From NCBI RefSeq assembly GCF_009914755.1, contig NC_060929.1: a DNA stretch of 64,000 bases. One strand, written 5' to 3'. The position numbers were made by a program, and so were the translations under genes. Source of the stretch: the human T2T-CHM13v2.0 reference genome, Homo sapiens. The notes below the pieces were generated by a model. That model made no database searches. It was given only the letters and a program-made list of their open reading frames with translations, and was not told where the DNA came from. Position 1 is the stretch's first letter. Each line of letters starts with the position of its first letter. Below are positions 29,217-45,810 of the stretch, in pieces.

Positions 29217-32200
29217 TACTTGTGCCAAATGAGGGGTACATGTGAGTGCTTTACACATTGAGTCTTCTGGAGGAGGAAATCACCATGGGAGGGTCATTAA
29301 AAGAGTTTTAGAAGAAAGATTTGATATGGGTTTTGAGGGGTGGGTAAATTGGGATGGGGCTAGTGCAGGAGAAATGTGTGGGTAAGAGCTCAGAGACGGA
29401 AATGGCATGTTATGAGGGTAATGGTCTTCAGATACTCTGTTTGTCTCCGCTATAAAGGAATTTTGATAAATTATACTTTCCTGCACATTTTTAGCGTGAC
29501 ATCTAATATTTTTCATCTTAAGATTAAGTAGATGCAAAGAATATAATTCCTAATAATGTTGTCATTATTTGTACTTTAACATATAATTATTTTACCACTT
29601 TAAAGATAAAATCAATAAATATAAATGCTGTAGTGATGCTGGGTCACACAGCATTGATATTTTTCTAACAGTTGGAAATTTTTTAGTTATTTTTATTCCT
29701 TTTTATTTATTTTTTTAATAGGCTTTACTTTTTAGAGCAGCTTTAGGTTCACAGCAAAAGTGAACAGAAGGCACACAGACTTCCTATATACTCTATGCCC
29801 CTTTTTATTCTTGAATCCACATTTCTATTCCATTTCCCTCACAGAATTTTAACCTAATGTAATATAGTTTATTTTTTAAAGTTTTTATTGATTGTCTTGT
29901 CATACTTTTCTGTACCAAAAAGATATTAATTGAAATTTAAAAATATTAAATACTCTTTGACCATAGGGTCTAAGTATTAAAAATTCTTTATTAATAGTGC
30001 CATATATAGGTATCTTAAATTTTTAAAAATCATTACTGTAAGTAAAATTTTATTGGAAAGCTATCTTAATGAAATGAATGAGTCTTCTTTTTAAATTAAT
30101 ATGTTGGTTCCCACATCCATGAATGAATATTACTTCATTCATTCATTCATGGTGCTAGGAAGAGACAGTGTTCAGTATCAATTTGAGTCCTACTTTTCAT
30201 TTTTATAGTTGTAAGTGCTGAGAAGTTTTACTCACATAAATAAGTAGATAAGAATAAAAGAAATTTTATTATAACAATGTCACACAATTTTAATCCCTTT
30301 TTCTGAGTTATATACCAAAAAGAGATCCCATAGTTAGTGATCTTTCATCAAAAATTATTTTTATGCTCCATTATCTAAAAGTTGATTAGGTAATCTTTCA
30401 GTGTTGATAAAAAGAATTAGAGATCACAAAACTTCAAGGTGTCAGAGTCCAGTTGAGTGCTAACATTTGGAGTTGTGTCTTGTTTTTTTTTTCCTCTCTA
30501 TAGTAAAATGTGAGTGTGAGATGGGTGAGGAGTATACTCTGCTCTTAAAAAGTAAGAAGTAAGTGATTGTTTAAAAAAGCAAGAAAGGAGAATGGGCCTG
30601 ACAGCTTGAATGCAGCTGAATTGTCATGCTTATTAATTTTGTGAAAAACATGTACGTATGGAAGTTGAGGATTTACTATTAGCTTAGCTACATAATTAAT
30701 AGTTGAGGAAACTATTACCTTAAGACTTATTTGTCTGCCCTTGGAAAGTTTTTGTGCACCCCATGGTTTGCATATCCTAGTTTGAAGGTTATTGTTTTAT
30801 AGATCATCAAATTGGCCAGTTGGCTGGACCCATCTGGAAAGTTAAAATGAAGTTGATCCACAGTCTAAAGCACAACAAAGGAAGAAATGTTTCAAAAGCT
30901 TTGGACTTGGTTCCACTACTACAGAGACAGCCAGTCTAGTCCAGAATAAGCCAATTTTTTCTGCCAAGAAACATGAACACTTCTCATGGATGGAAAGTCA
31001 TCACCTGGGAAATAAAAAAAGAATATGTTCTTTGGCAGTGCTTATAGATGCCTGCTTTCACACCTGCATCTAGAACCACGGGCAGTTCCAATTTACCAGG
31101 TGAACTGAAGAGAAAGCTCCCTTCACAGAAGTGGTGTTATGCTTAGATCACAAAAAATAATTCCTTGCATATCACTTACAGCTGGCTGGATGTATGCCTT
31201 TTCAATGAATGCAAGATGGGTTGGGGGATTTCCCCAAACACTTCTGGAGAATCTCAGATGCCTACAAATAAGAGGCTGAAACATTTGTGATACAACTCAA
31301 TTCTCCTGGCATAAGAACATAGATGTGAGAGGCCTTCAAATGAAAACAGTATAAATTAATTACCATGAGTGCTTGTGACTTTCACATGTAGAAGAATCTA
31401 ACTGTATGTGACTATTGATAGGACTTTTTGAGGTTGTCCAGAATGAATTGGGTAGATGTAGTTTATAAGCATGTTGCTATGATTAGGGAGTGTACTCCTA
31501 TTACCTCTATTTCACAAAGAATCCACAGCTCCATATAAGAATACTGGAGGTTTGTAGTGAGTAAACATGCAACATTAATGGTATGAAAGAATATTACAAA
31601 TATAACAATATATGTTGTTTTGAAACCTCTTCCTAAATATTAATTACTGATTTATACCACTCTCCTATATTCCTTAATTCAAATATTTGTGTGATAAGTA
31701 GCTACTTAAGGAGTTTCATTTTTTAAGGTTAGTTTTGCTTTGAAGTTAAGGTGTCGAAGTTAAGACTTACGGATTTTGTAGTGATGTGAGGGAACCGCTG
31801 TGGGTGTTGGTTGGGGTTTTAAGGAGGAGAGGGTAAGGTGGTATGGTAGAAAAATATAGTTTTATGAGACTCAGAGAAACTTGTTTCAGCTCTACTAGAA
31901 CTAATCAGTCAAATGGCCTTATTTATTTCACTCAGTTCTTATCTATAAAATGAATATAATACCTCCTCTAACAATCTCCCAGTATTATTTGGAAAATCTA
32001 TGGAGATACAGTGTGGAAAAATATTTTGAAAAGTTTAAAGTATTATGCAAATGAAAGTCGTCATAGAACAATAGGTTTCATGAAGACTAAATTTAACATA
32101 GGTTATTACTCATGGTAATGGGGAATTTAATTAAAAAATGTTGATGGACTGATTCTATCAAGACCTACTTCATTTTCCATTTCTGCAGCTGACCTTTCCC

Positions 32201-32986
32201 CATAGCTAGGGCACCACCTTCTTACACAGCCTTGAAGACTCAGCTGTGGGATGGTTCCTAACACCAACCCTGACTGTGGTAAAGCGTGAGGTATTTAAGA
32301 ATTCCTAGCTAGCCCTGCTTCATTATGAAACTCTCTGACAAATGCTATGCAACAAATTTTTCTTTTCCCTGAACAAAGGAAACCAATAGATTATGAATGA
32401 TTGTTTTTCAGCTAAATGGGCCAATATTTCTATATTCTTTTCCTATAAGACAAACTATAAATTTGCATTGAATGAGAATAAATAACATATGTTAAGCTGT
32501 TTTATTTAGATTAAAAAGAAAGTTGTTTCTTGGATCCCAATTAAAGCAAAATAAAGTAGTAATGGGCTTTCACCATGGACTCACAATCTTTCCCTGAGGA
32601 AATAAATAAAAAGAATCAGGACCATTTGAGCACACCATGATCTAGTTATAAGATTTGGGAAAACTCCCATGCCATTTACTGCCTAAAATTTACTAAGAGG
32701 GCCTGCAGAACTTAGGGGCCTAAGACCATCCATTTGATTTGAGATTCCCACCTTTAGGCTAAGGGCCAAAGGCACTGTAAGTAATTTTGAATGCTGCTTG
32801 AACAAGATTTTATAAAGTGCATGAAGGGCACGTGAAATGCTTTATCTGGTGCCTGACTCTTGGTATCCTGGGATATTTTTCTTACCTAGATTTAAGAAGT
32901 AGAAGTTTCATTTGGCTTAGAGAGAGGAGACATCTCCTTCATTAGCTAAACTTTATAGAGGTCTTATCATAGGAACTGCCTAGTAA

Positions 32987-33506
<520 letters not shown>

Positions 33507-34646
33507 CTTACCCTTCTACCAGCCTTGCTCTTACCATCACCCCTGTCTTTTTTCCTCTCCTCATCTCCATACCCGGGACTGGAGTCCTATCCGGGAAAAG
33601 AAATTCAGTCTTACATGATGCCAATTGACAATATTTTAGAAAGTAGTTAAAGGATATTCATTAATTAATAATTAGCCAATGTATCCACCTACCAAGTATT
33701 TACTGAGCACCTACTATGACCCAGGCACAGGAATTATGAGCATAAAGAGACACATTACATTATAGGTGAGGAAATAAAGCCATATACCATCTCTTTCAAT
33801 ATACTACTGGGTGGAAGAATGACCATGTCTTTGTTGGGGACAATTTTCCAACAAATCCACCTTTACCAAAAATAGCAACAAATCCACCTTTACCAAAAAC
33901 AGCTCAGAGTGAGTAAGAGAGGCTGTGTAGTAGATATTCCTAGGATGCCCTCTGACTATGTATGGAACAGAACAGAATAGAACCGAATCTCTCTGCATAT
34001 AGTCTCTATTCTGTATAATCCTGAGTTCTAAACTCCAAGACATCCCATCTGAGCTTACAGCCATCTGTCCAGAGCCCCTAGGTTTTGTATGGAAAATGAG
34101 TGAAATGTCAGCTCTCTATAATGAGAACCAGAACCTCAACATAATCATCCTCTGGCATCAAAACTACTTCCTCTGATCACATTCCTCCTGGGTCAGCTCC
34201 AGAATGCTGGAAACTCCCAAGATCCAGGAGAAGTTCCAATGGAAGACAGCCTTCCCAGCAATGCAAATATTTGAATTGAATTGCTAGATCTCGTATTGGA
34301 AATTCATTCCAAATGTTAACATATCATGTCAATGTTGCTGTGGTCTCCCAGAGGTTCCTAAATGAGAGATTTCATCTCTTGCTCCACTGAGAGACAATTA
34401 TCTAACATCTTGATCATCTAGTCCACTCTACAGACCCCTACTGAGGGCAGGCAATTTGTCCAAATTATCCTGAGATGCTTATTTAGCACTTCCTTTAAGC
34501 TTAAAGGTAGTTCAAAAATAATACAGACCCATCAGCTGTATCACCTATGTCCCTCGCACAAATGCTTCTACCAGTCTATCACAATGAGAGAGATGGAGAT
34601 CATTTTCACTCATTTTCATCTGAAAAAGTACAAGTAAAATACACAC

Positions 34647-34794
34647 CCATAGCCTGCTGTTCGTGCCAGCTCAGACTCTTCTACCACTCTGTCTCTGCAG
34701 GGGGGACGGGGCTCACTTTCACAATCATCCTCATCTGAAAAGTCTCCGCAGTCATTGTCACCATTACACCGAAGTCGCATCTTTATGCATCTGC
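34647..34794 (-). CDS. C9: C9 exon 4 (LDL-receptor class A domain)
   Basis: Acceptor ttgcag|GCAGAT; [49 protein letters not shown]; donor TGG|gtgtgt; 148 nt. Confidence 0.98.
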
Positions 34795-35056
34795 CTGCAA
34801 TCAAAATCAGGAGAGACTCAATGTATCTAATGTCAAATTTTCTCTTTCTTTCTGAAGTTATCAAATGCATTTTAACCCTGGAGGTGAGGTATCAGAAAAA
34901 CACATTTGAGTTCTTTGTACAGAATATATAGATGGCCTCTTTTGGGGCCTTTCACGCTTGGAAATCCAAGTGTCCAGAAGCATATGCTTTTTTTTTTCTT
35001 TTCATTCAGGAAGGCACACAGAAAGCCACAATGAGCAATTCAAGCACAAAGATTAC

Positions 35057-35201
35057 CTGTACTGCATTGAAAGTCATTTCCGCAGTCATCCTCAGCATCC
35101 TCACAGGGCTCTGTGGGCACACACTGTCGTCTGTCTCCCACAGCGTCGGTGCATCTTTTCCCATTAAATTGTCCAAAGACCTCAATGCTTCTTGAACGAA
35201 A
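35057..35201 (-). CDS. C9: C9 exon 3 (TSP1 end, LDLRA start)
   Basis: Acceptor gtgcag|TTTCGT; [48 protein letters not shown]; donor ACAG|gtaatc; 145 nt. Confidence 0.98.
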
Positions 35202-35591
35202 CTGCACAATATCAGTTGGAATGATTAGAATTTCTAATGCCAAAAAAAGGGTATGGTCTAAAGGTGCATCCATACAACTATATCCCTGCAATGAGTCAAT
35301 GGTTTTAAGATAGAAGTGGTGGAAGAAGTCACTGATGTTATTTAGGGTAACACTCTGCATTCTAGGTTTGGCAGCCTCTTATACAGATGATTCCTCTGGA
35401 CACTCATTTAGTATTCTGTACAACATAAAGATTTCCTGGAAAAGTTAGCAACATACATTTAAATGTTTATCTCTCTTTCTGGGTTTGGAACTCAGTTGTG
35501 GGGCTCCCTGCCTCATAATCATTTTTCTGGAGAGGCTAGCAATACAGTTTCCATTTGGGGAGGTCAGTGGGGAAGGGAGATGAACACTTAC

Positions 35592-35697
35592 CATTTGTCT
35601 GAGACAAGGATCGCATTGTGACCATTCACTCCAGGGGCTCATTCTGCAGTCTATGTGTGATGCAGAGCCACTGCTTTCTGTTAGCTCTGGGTCATAA
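35592..35697 (-). CDS. C9: C9 exon 2 (start of TSP1 domain)
   Basis: Acceptor ttatcttag|TTATGAC; (S)[35 protein letters not shown]; donor ATG|gtaagt; 106 nt. Confidence 0.98.
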
Positions 35698-36542
35698 CTA
35701 AGATAACAGAACATCCCAGTTTATAATGACCATTGTGTATATCTGTTTCCAAGAAGTCTTCATAAACACAGTTCATTTTGTACTTTATCCCCTCTCAAAT
35801 TATACCACTTATCTTTTTACTATATCTCTCATTTCACCCTCAATTGCATGCTGTTTTGTATTTTCAACTCATCTTTTTGTTAATTCTTGTCTGTATTGTA
35901 AGTTAACTTTTAACTTCCCAGGAATGCAAATATTTGAAACAACAAAACAACGGCAATGAGGAAAACTAGCAAAGCATCTTTCCAGGTGTTTTACATAGAT
36001 TAATCTTATATTTCCAACTAGATTATGAACATAATGAAGCCAGAAATCTGATTTTATTTTTTTGTGTGTCTTCCTTCCCATCCACCATACCCCACCCCTC
36101 CCAAGAATCTGGTGAGGCTAAGTTACCTCATTCTCTTGCAAATTTAAGCCAGCCAGCCCAGGCCCAGCCATTCCTGTAGCGGGCACCTCATAAATCAGGT
36201 TTCCCCTCTCTGGTATTCTGTATGCCCTAAACTGGATGCCTTGCCACTTCACACTTCACTTCAGGACTTATTCCTGATCTTTCTGAGTTTTAACATCATA
36301 TATTTTGGCACTTATGCCTCCCTTTCCACCCCTAGGCCCACTGCTCAGCAAGGCTTTTCTGGCTTTGAACTTTCCTTTCTCCGTTGGTTCACCATTTGAG
36401 TCTCTTCTGGTTGAAACATCACCCAGGATAATTACAAAAAAAAGAAAACACATCAGAACCAGAAACCACCCAACAAGAATCCTACAAATTCCCTACCTCT
36501 ACTTGCCTGACCTGACACTGATCCTTCCTATAGTTAGGCCTC

Positions 36543-36992
36543 TTAAACCACAGAAAAGGCTAGCTGAACAGGAACAGCTCGTTTACAGCTCCCAGCGTGA
36601 GTGACGGAGAAGTCAGGTGATTTCTGCATTTCCAACTGAGGTACCGGGTTCATCTCACTGGGGCTCATCAGACAGTGGGGGCAGGACAGTGGGTGCAGCC
36701 CACTGAGTGTGTGCTGAAGCAGGGCAAGGCATCGCCTCACCCGGGAAGTGCAAGGGGTCAGGGAATTCCCTTTCCTACCAAAGGGAAGGGGTGGCAGACA
36801 GCACCTGGAAAATCGGGTCACTTCCACCCCAATACTGTGCTTTTCCAACGGTCTTAGCAAACAGCACACTAGGAGATTATATCCTGCACCTGGCTCAGAG
36901 GGTCCCAGGCCCATGGAGACTTGCTCATTGCTAGCATAGCAGTCTGAGATCAAACTGCAAGGGCAGCGAGGCTGGGGAGGGGCGCCCGCCAT
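36543..36992 (-). CDS. L1 antisense ORF0-like reading frame (open, C-terminally extended; expression unknown)
   Basis: ATG at 36992 in context GCAATGG; MAGAPPQPRCPCSLISDCYASNEQVSMGLGPSEPGAGYNLLVCCLLRPLEKHSIGVEVTRFSRC resembles primate L1 ORF0 as recalled; open to a stop at 36543 (149 codons). Confidence 0.55.
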   Translation of the reverse strand: MAGAPPQPRCPCSLISDCYASNEQVSMGLGPSEPGAGYNLLVCCLLRPLEKHSIGVEVTRFSRCCLPPLPFGRKGNSLTPCTSRVRRCLALLQHTLSGLHPLSCPHCLMSPSEMNPVPQLEMQKSPDFSVTHAGSCKRAVPVQLAFSVV

Positions 36993-37566
36993 TGCTGAGG
37001 CTTGAATATGTAAACAAAGCAGCCAGGAAGCTCGAACTGGGTGGAGCCCACCACAGCTCAAGGAGTCCTGCCTGCCTCTGTAGAGTCCACCTCTGGGGGT
37101 AGGGCATAGCCAAATAAAAGGCAGCAGAAACCTCTGCAGACTTAAATGTCCCTGCCTGACAGCTTTGAAGAGAGTAGTGGTTCTCCCAGCATGGAGTTTG
37201 AGATCTGAGAATGGACAGACTGCCTCCTCAAGTGGGACCCTGATCCCCAAGTAGCCTAACTGGGAGGCACCCCCCAGTAGGGGCAGACTGACACCTCACA
37301 TGGCTGGGTACCCCTCTGATATGAAGCTTCCAGAGGAACGATCAGGCAGCAACATTTGCTGTTCAGCAAAATTCGCTGTTCTGCAGCCTCCGCCACTGAT
37401 ACCCAGCAAACACGGTCTGGAGTGGACCTCTGGCAAACTCCAACACACCTGCAGCTGAGGATCATGACTGCTAGAAGGAAAACTAACAAACAGAAAGGAC
37501 ATCCACACCAGAACCCCATCTGTACGTCACCATCATCAAAGACCAAAGGTAGATAAAACCACAAAG

Positions 37567-38581
37567 ATGGGGGAAAAACAGAGCAGAAAAGCTGAAAATT
37601 CTAAAAATCAGAGCACCTCTCCCCCTCCAAAGGAACACAGCTCCTCACCAGCAATGGAACAAAGCTGGATGGAGAATGACTTTGATGAGATGAGAGAAGA
37701 AGGCTACAGACGATCAGACTTATCTGAGCTAAAGGAGGAAGTTCGAACCCAATGCAAAGAAGCTAAAACATTGAAAAAAGATTAGACAAATGGCTAACTA
37801 GAATAACCACTGTAGAGAAGTCCTTAAATGACCTGATGGAGCTGAAAACCATGGCACGAGAACTACGTGATGAATGCACAAGCTTCAGTAGCTGATTCGA
37901 TCAACTGGAAGAAAGGGTATCAGTGATTGAAGATCAAATGAATGAAATGAAGTGAGAAGAGAAGTTTAGAGACAAAAGGATAAAAAGAAATGAACAAAGC
38001 CTCCAAGAAATATGGGACTATGTGAAAAGATCAAATCTATGTCTGATTGGTGTACCTGAAAGTGACAGGGAGAATGGAACCAAGTTGGAAAACACTCTGC
38101 AGGATATTATCCAGGAGAACTTCCCCAACCTAGCACAGCAGGCCAACATTCAAGTTCAGGAAATACAGAGAATGCCACAAAGATACTCCTCGAGAAGAGC
38201 AACTCCAAGACACATAATTGTCAGATTTACCAAAGCTGAAATGAAGGAAAAAATGTTAAGGGCAGTCAGAGAGAAAGGTCAGCTTACCCATAAAGGGAAA
38301 CCCATCAGACTAACAGCAGATCTCTCGGCAGAAACTCTACAAGCCAGAAGAGAGTGGGGGCAATATTCAACATTCTTAAAGAAAAGAATTTTCAACCCAG
38401 AATTTCATATCCAGCCAAACTAAGCTTCATAAGTGAAGGAGAAATATAATACTTTACAGACAAGCAAATGCAGAGAGATTTTGTCACCACCAGCCCTGCC
38501 CTACAGGAGCTCCTGAAGGAAGCACCAAACATGAAAAGAAACAACCAGTACCAGCCACTGCAAAAACATGGCAAATTGTAA
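37567..38581 (+). pseudogene. L1 ORF1p remnant (frameshifts and internal stops)
   Basis: ORF fragments 37567-37785 and 38022-38423 resemble L1 ORF1p (LIGVPESD, RHIIVRF, PIRLTADLS); the frame is broken between and after them. Confidence 0.92.
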
Positions 38582-38644
38582 AGATCATCAATGCCAGGAA
38601 GAAACTGCATCAACTAATGAGCAAAATAACCAGCTATCATCATA

Positions 38645-42470
<3,826 letters not shown>

Positions 42471-43480
42471 ATGAGAACACTTGGACACAGGGTGGGGAAC
42501 ATCACACACTGGGGCATGTTGTGGGGTGGGGGGGAGGGGGGAAGGAACGCATTAGGAGATATACCCAATGTAAATGACGAGTTAATGGGTGCAACACACC
42601 AACATGACACATGTATACATATGTAACCAACGTGCACGTTGTGCACATATGCCCTAGAACTTAAAGTATAATAAACAAAAAAGGAAAAAAAAAAAACACA
42701 GAAAAGACTAGGTGATGCCAATCTCTCCTCAAATTCTCTAGATCCCAGCTCCCCTTAGAGACTCTGATTCATTGAATATCTCCTTCCTTTTAAACTCTCC
42801 CTCTCTACTATCTCCTTTCCATTTGTAATATAAAGTGTTCAAGCTTGTGATATTAAACATAAAAAGCCAAGGAATGAACAAATCATGCACCATCCCTGAT
42901 TACACATTTTCTTCCAACCACTACCATCTCCCTCCTGCCCTTCACAATAACACTTCTTAGAATAAATGCTGGAAGCACATTTATGTCTTTCTGACATCCA
43001 AAGAACAAGTCTTATCTCCTTCAAACTCTACATGCCCTTTTAGTTACTTCTAAATTCTCTTTTCTTTTAGCCAAGTTTCTTGAGAAAGTAGTGAGCACCC
43101 TCGTCTCTTGTTTCCTACATCCCAACACTTCTCAACCCTCCTGCCCTGTGAACGCTGCTCTTGCCCAACTCCGTGATGACTGCCATGTGCCTCACTGTTC
43201 CTTTCAGTCCTTATCTTACTGACTGCTTCATGGCATTCAATGTATTCACCACTGTTGCTCTTCAGGACACTCTCTTCTCTTGGATTATAGGGTCTTTCTT
43301 TCATTTCTTTTTTCTTCTCTGCCTGGTACTCCTACTCTTTTATGCAGGCGCCTCTTCTTCTGATAGTCCTTGAAATACTAATTTTCCCTCGAGATCCTTT
43401 CCTTGGATGTCTCTCTCTCTCTCTTATTTTTCTCTATATTTTCACCAGAACTTTGGTTTTCATGTTTATGCTAATGACAC

Positions 43481-45810
43481 TGTATTAATCTGTTCTCACA
43501 TGGCTATAAAGGACTACCTGAGACAAGGTAACTTATAAAGAAAAGAGGTTGATTGACTCACAGTTCCACAGGCTGTATGGGAGGCATGACTGGGAAGGTC
43601 TCAGAAACTTACAATCATGTCAGAAGGGTGAAGGGTAAGCAAGTACATCTTCACATAACATCAGGAGAGAGAGAGTGACGGGGGAAGTACTACACAGTTT
43701 TTAACAACCAGGTCTCATGAGAACTCCATCATGAGAACAGCAAAAAGGAAGTCCAGCCCCACGATTTAATCACTTTCCGACAGGCTCCTCCTTGAACATG
43801 TGGGGATTACAATTCAACGTGGGAGATGAGTGGGGACACAGTGCCAAACCATATCATTCCACCCTGGCTTGTCCAAAATCTCATGTTCTTCTCACATTTG
43901 AAAACACAGTGATGCCTTCCCAACAGTCCCCTAGAGTCTTAACTTATTCCAGCATTAACTAAAAAGTCCAAGTTGAAAGCTTCATCTGAGACAAGGCAAG
44001 TCCCTTCTGCCTATGAGCCTGTAAAATCAAAAACAAGTTAATTACTCCCAAGGTACAGGCATAGGGTAAATGCTCCCTTTCCAAAAAAGAGAAATCAGCC
44101 AAGAGATAGGGGCTACAGGCACCATGCAAGTCCAAAACCCAGTTGGACAGTCATTAAATCTTAAAGCTCCAAAATGATCTCTTTTGACTCCACTAATCAT
44201 GTTCAGGGAATGCTGATGCAAGGAGCAGCTCTGCTTCTGTGCCGCTGCCTGTATAGACCCTGCAGCTGCTTTCATGGGCTGACATTGAGTGCCTGCAGCT
44301 TTTCCAGGTACACAGGGCAAGTTGGTGGATCTACCAATCTGGGGTCTGGAGGATGGTGGCCCTTTTCTCACAGTTCTACTAGGCAGTGCCCCAGTAGGGA
44401 CTCTGTGCAGGGGCTCAAACCTGACACTTTTCCTCCACATTGCCCAAGTAGAGGTTCTCCACAAGGGCACCGTCCCTATAGCAAACTTCTGCCTGGACAT
44501 CCAGGCATTTCTATACATTCTCTGAAATCTAGGTTGAGGTCCCCAACCTCAACTCTTCCCTTCTGTGCACCTGCAGGCCCAACACCATGTGGAAGCCACC
44601 AAGGCTTGGGTTTGTACCCTCTGAAGCAATGGCCTGAGCTGTACTTGGCCCCTTTTAGGCACAGTTGGAGTTGGAGCAGCTGTGATGCAGGGTGTCATGT
44701 CCCAAGGCTGCACAGAGCAGTGGGGCCCTGGGCCTAGTCCATGAAATCATTTTTACCTCCTAGATATCCAAGCCTGTGATGGAAGGGGCTACCACAAAGG
44801 TCTCTGAAATGCCCTGGAGGCATTTTCCCCTTTGTCTTGGCTATTAACATTTGGCTCCTCTTTATTTTTGCAAATATCTGCAGCTGGCTGGAATTTCTCC
44901 CCAGAAAATGAGTTTCTCTTTTCTACCTTATGGTCAGGCTGCAAATTTCCCAAACTTTTACACATTCCTTCCCATTTAAATATAAGTTCTCTTTGCTTAT
45001 GCGAATGAGCATAGGATTTTAGAAGCAGCCAGGCCATATTCTGAACACTTTGTTGCTTAGAAATTTCTTCTACCAGATACCTTAAGTCATCTCTCTCAAG
45101 TTCAAAGTTCCACAGATTCCTAGAGCATGGGCACAATACCACCAGTCTCTTTGATAAAATATAGCAAGAGGACCTTTGATCTAGTTCCCAATAAGTTCCT
45201 CATCTCCATCTGAGACCATCTCAGCCTGGATTTCATTGTCCATATCACTATCAGCATTTTGGCCCAAATCACTCAACAAGTCTCTAGGAAGTTCCAAATT
45301 TTCTCTCATTTTCCCTTCCTGTCTTCTTCTGAGACCTCCAAACTCTTCCAACCTCTGCCTGTTACCCAGTTCCAAAGTCAATTCCACATTTTCAGGTATC
45401 TTTAAAGAATGTCCCGCTCTTGTTACCAATTTTCTGTATTAGTCTGTTCTCACATGGCTATAAAGAACTACCTGAGACTGGGTAACTTCTAAAGAAAAAA
45501 GGTTGAATTGACACAGAGTTCCACAGATTGTATAGGAGGCATGGCTGGGGAGGCCTCAGGAAACCCAATCATGGTGGAAGGGTGAAGGGGAAGCAAGCAC
45601 ATCTTCACATAGTGGCAGGAGACAGAGAGTGAAGGGAGAAGTACTACATACTTCTAAACAACCAGCTCTCACGAGAACTCCATCACAAGAACAGCAAGGG
45701 GGAAGTCCACTCCCATAATTAAATCACCTTTCACTATGCCTGTCCTTCAACACATGGGAATTACAATTTGACATGAGATTTGGGTAGGGACACAGAGCCA
45801 AACCATATCA
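43481..45810 (-). mobile_element. Complete THE1/MST-type MaLR element (LTR-internal-LTR), probably THE1D-like
   Basis: Two 376-bp LTRs (43481-43856, 45435-45810), each TG...CA; 1578-bp internal region; 5-bp TSD GACAC at 43476-43480 and 45811-45815. Confidence 0.93.

Noticed and set aside
44042-45442. ORFs of 117-187 aa in intron 1
   Set aside because: Within the THE1/MST internal region; decayed MaLR sequence with no intact gene.
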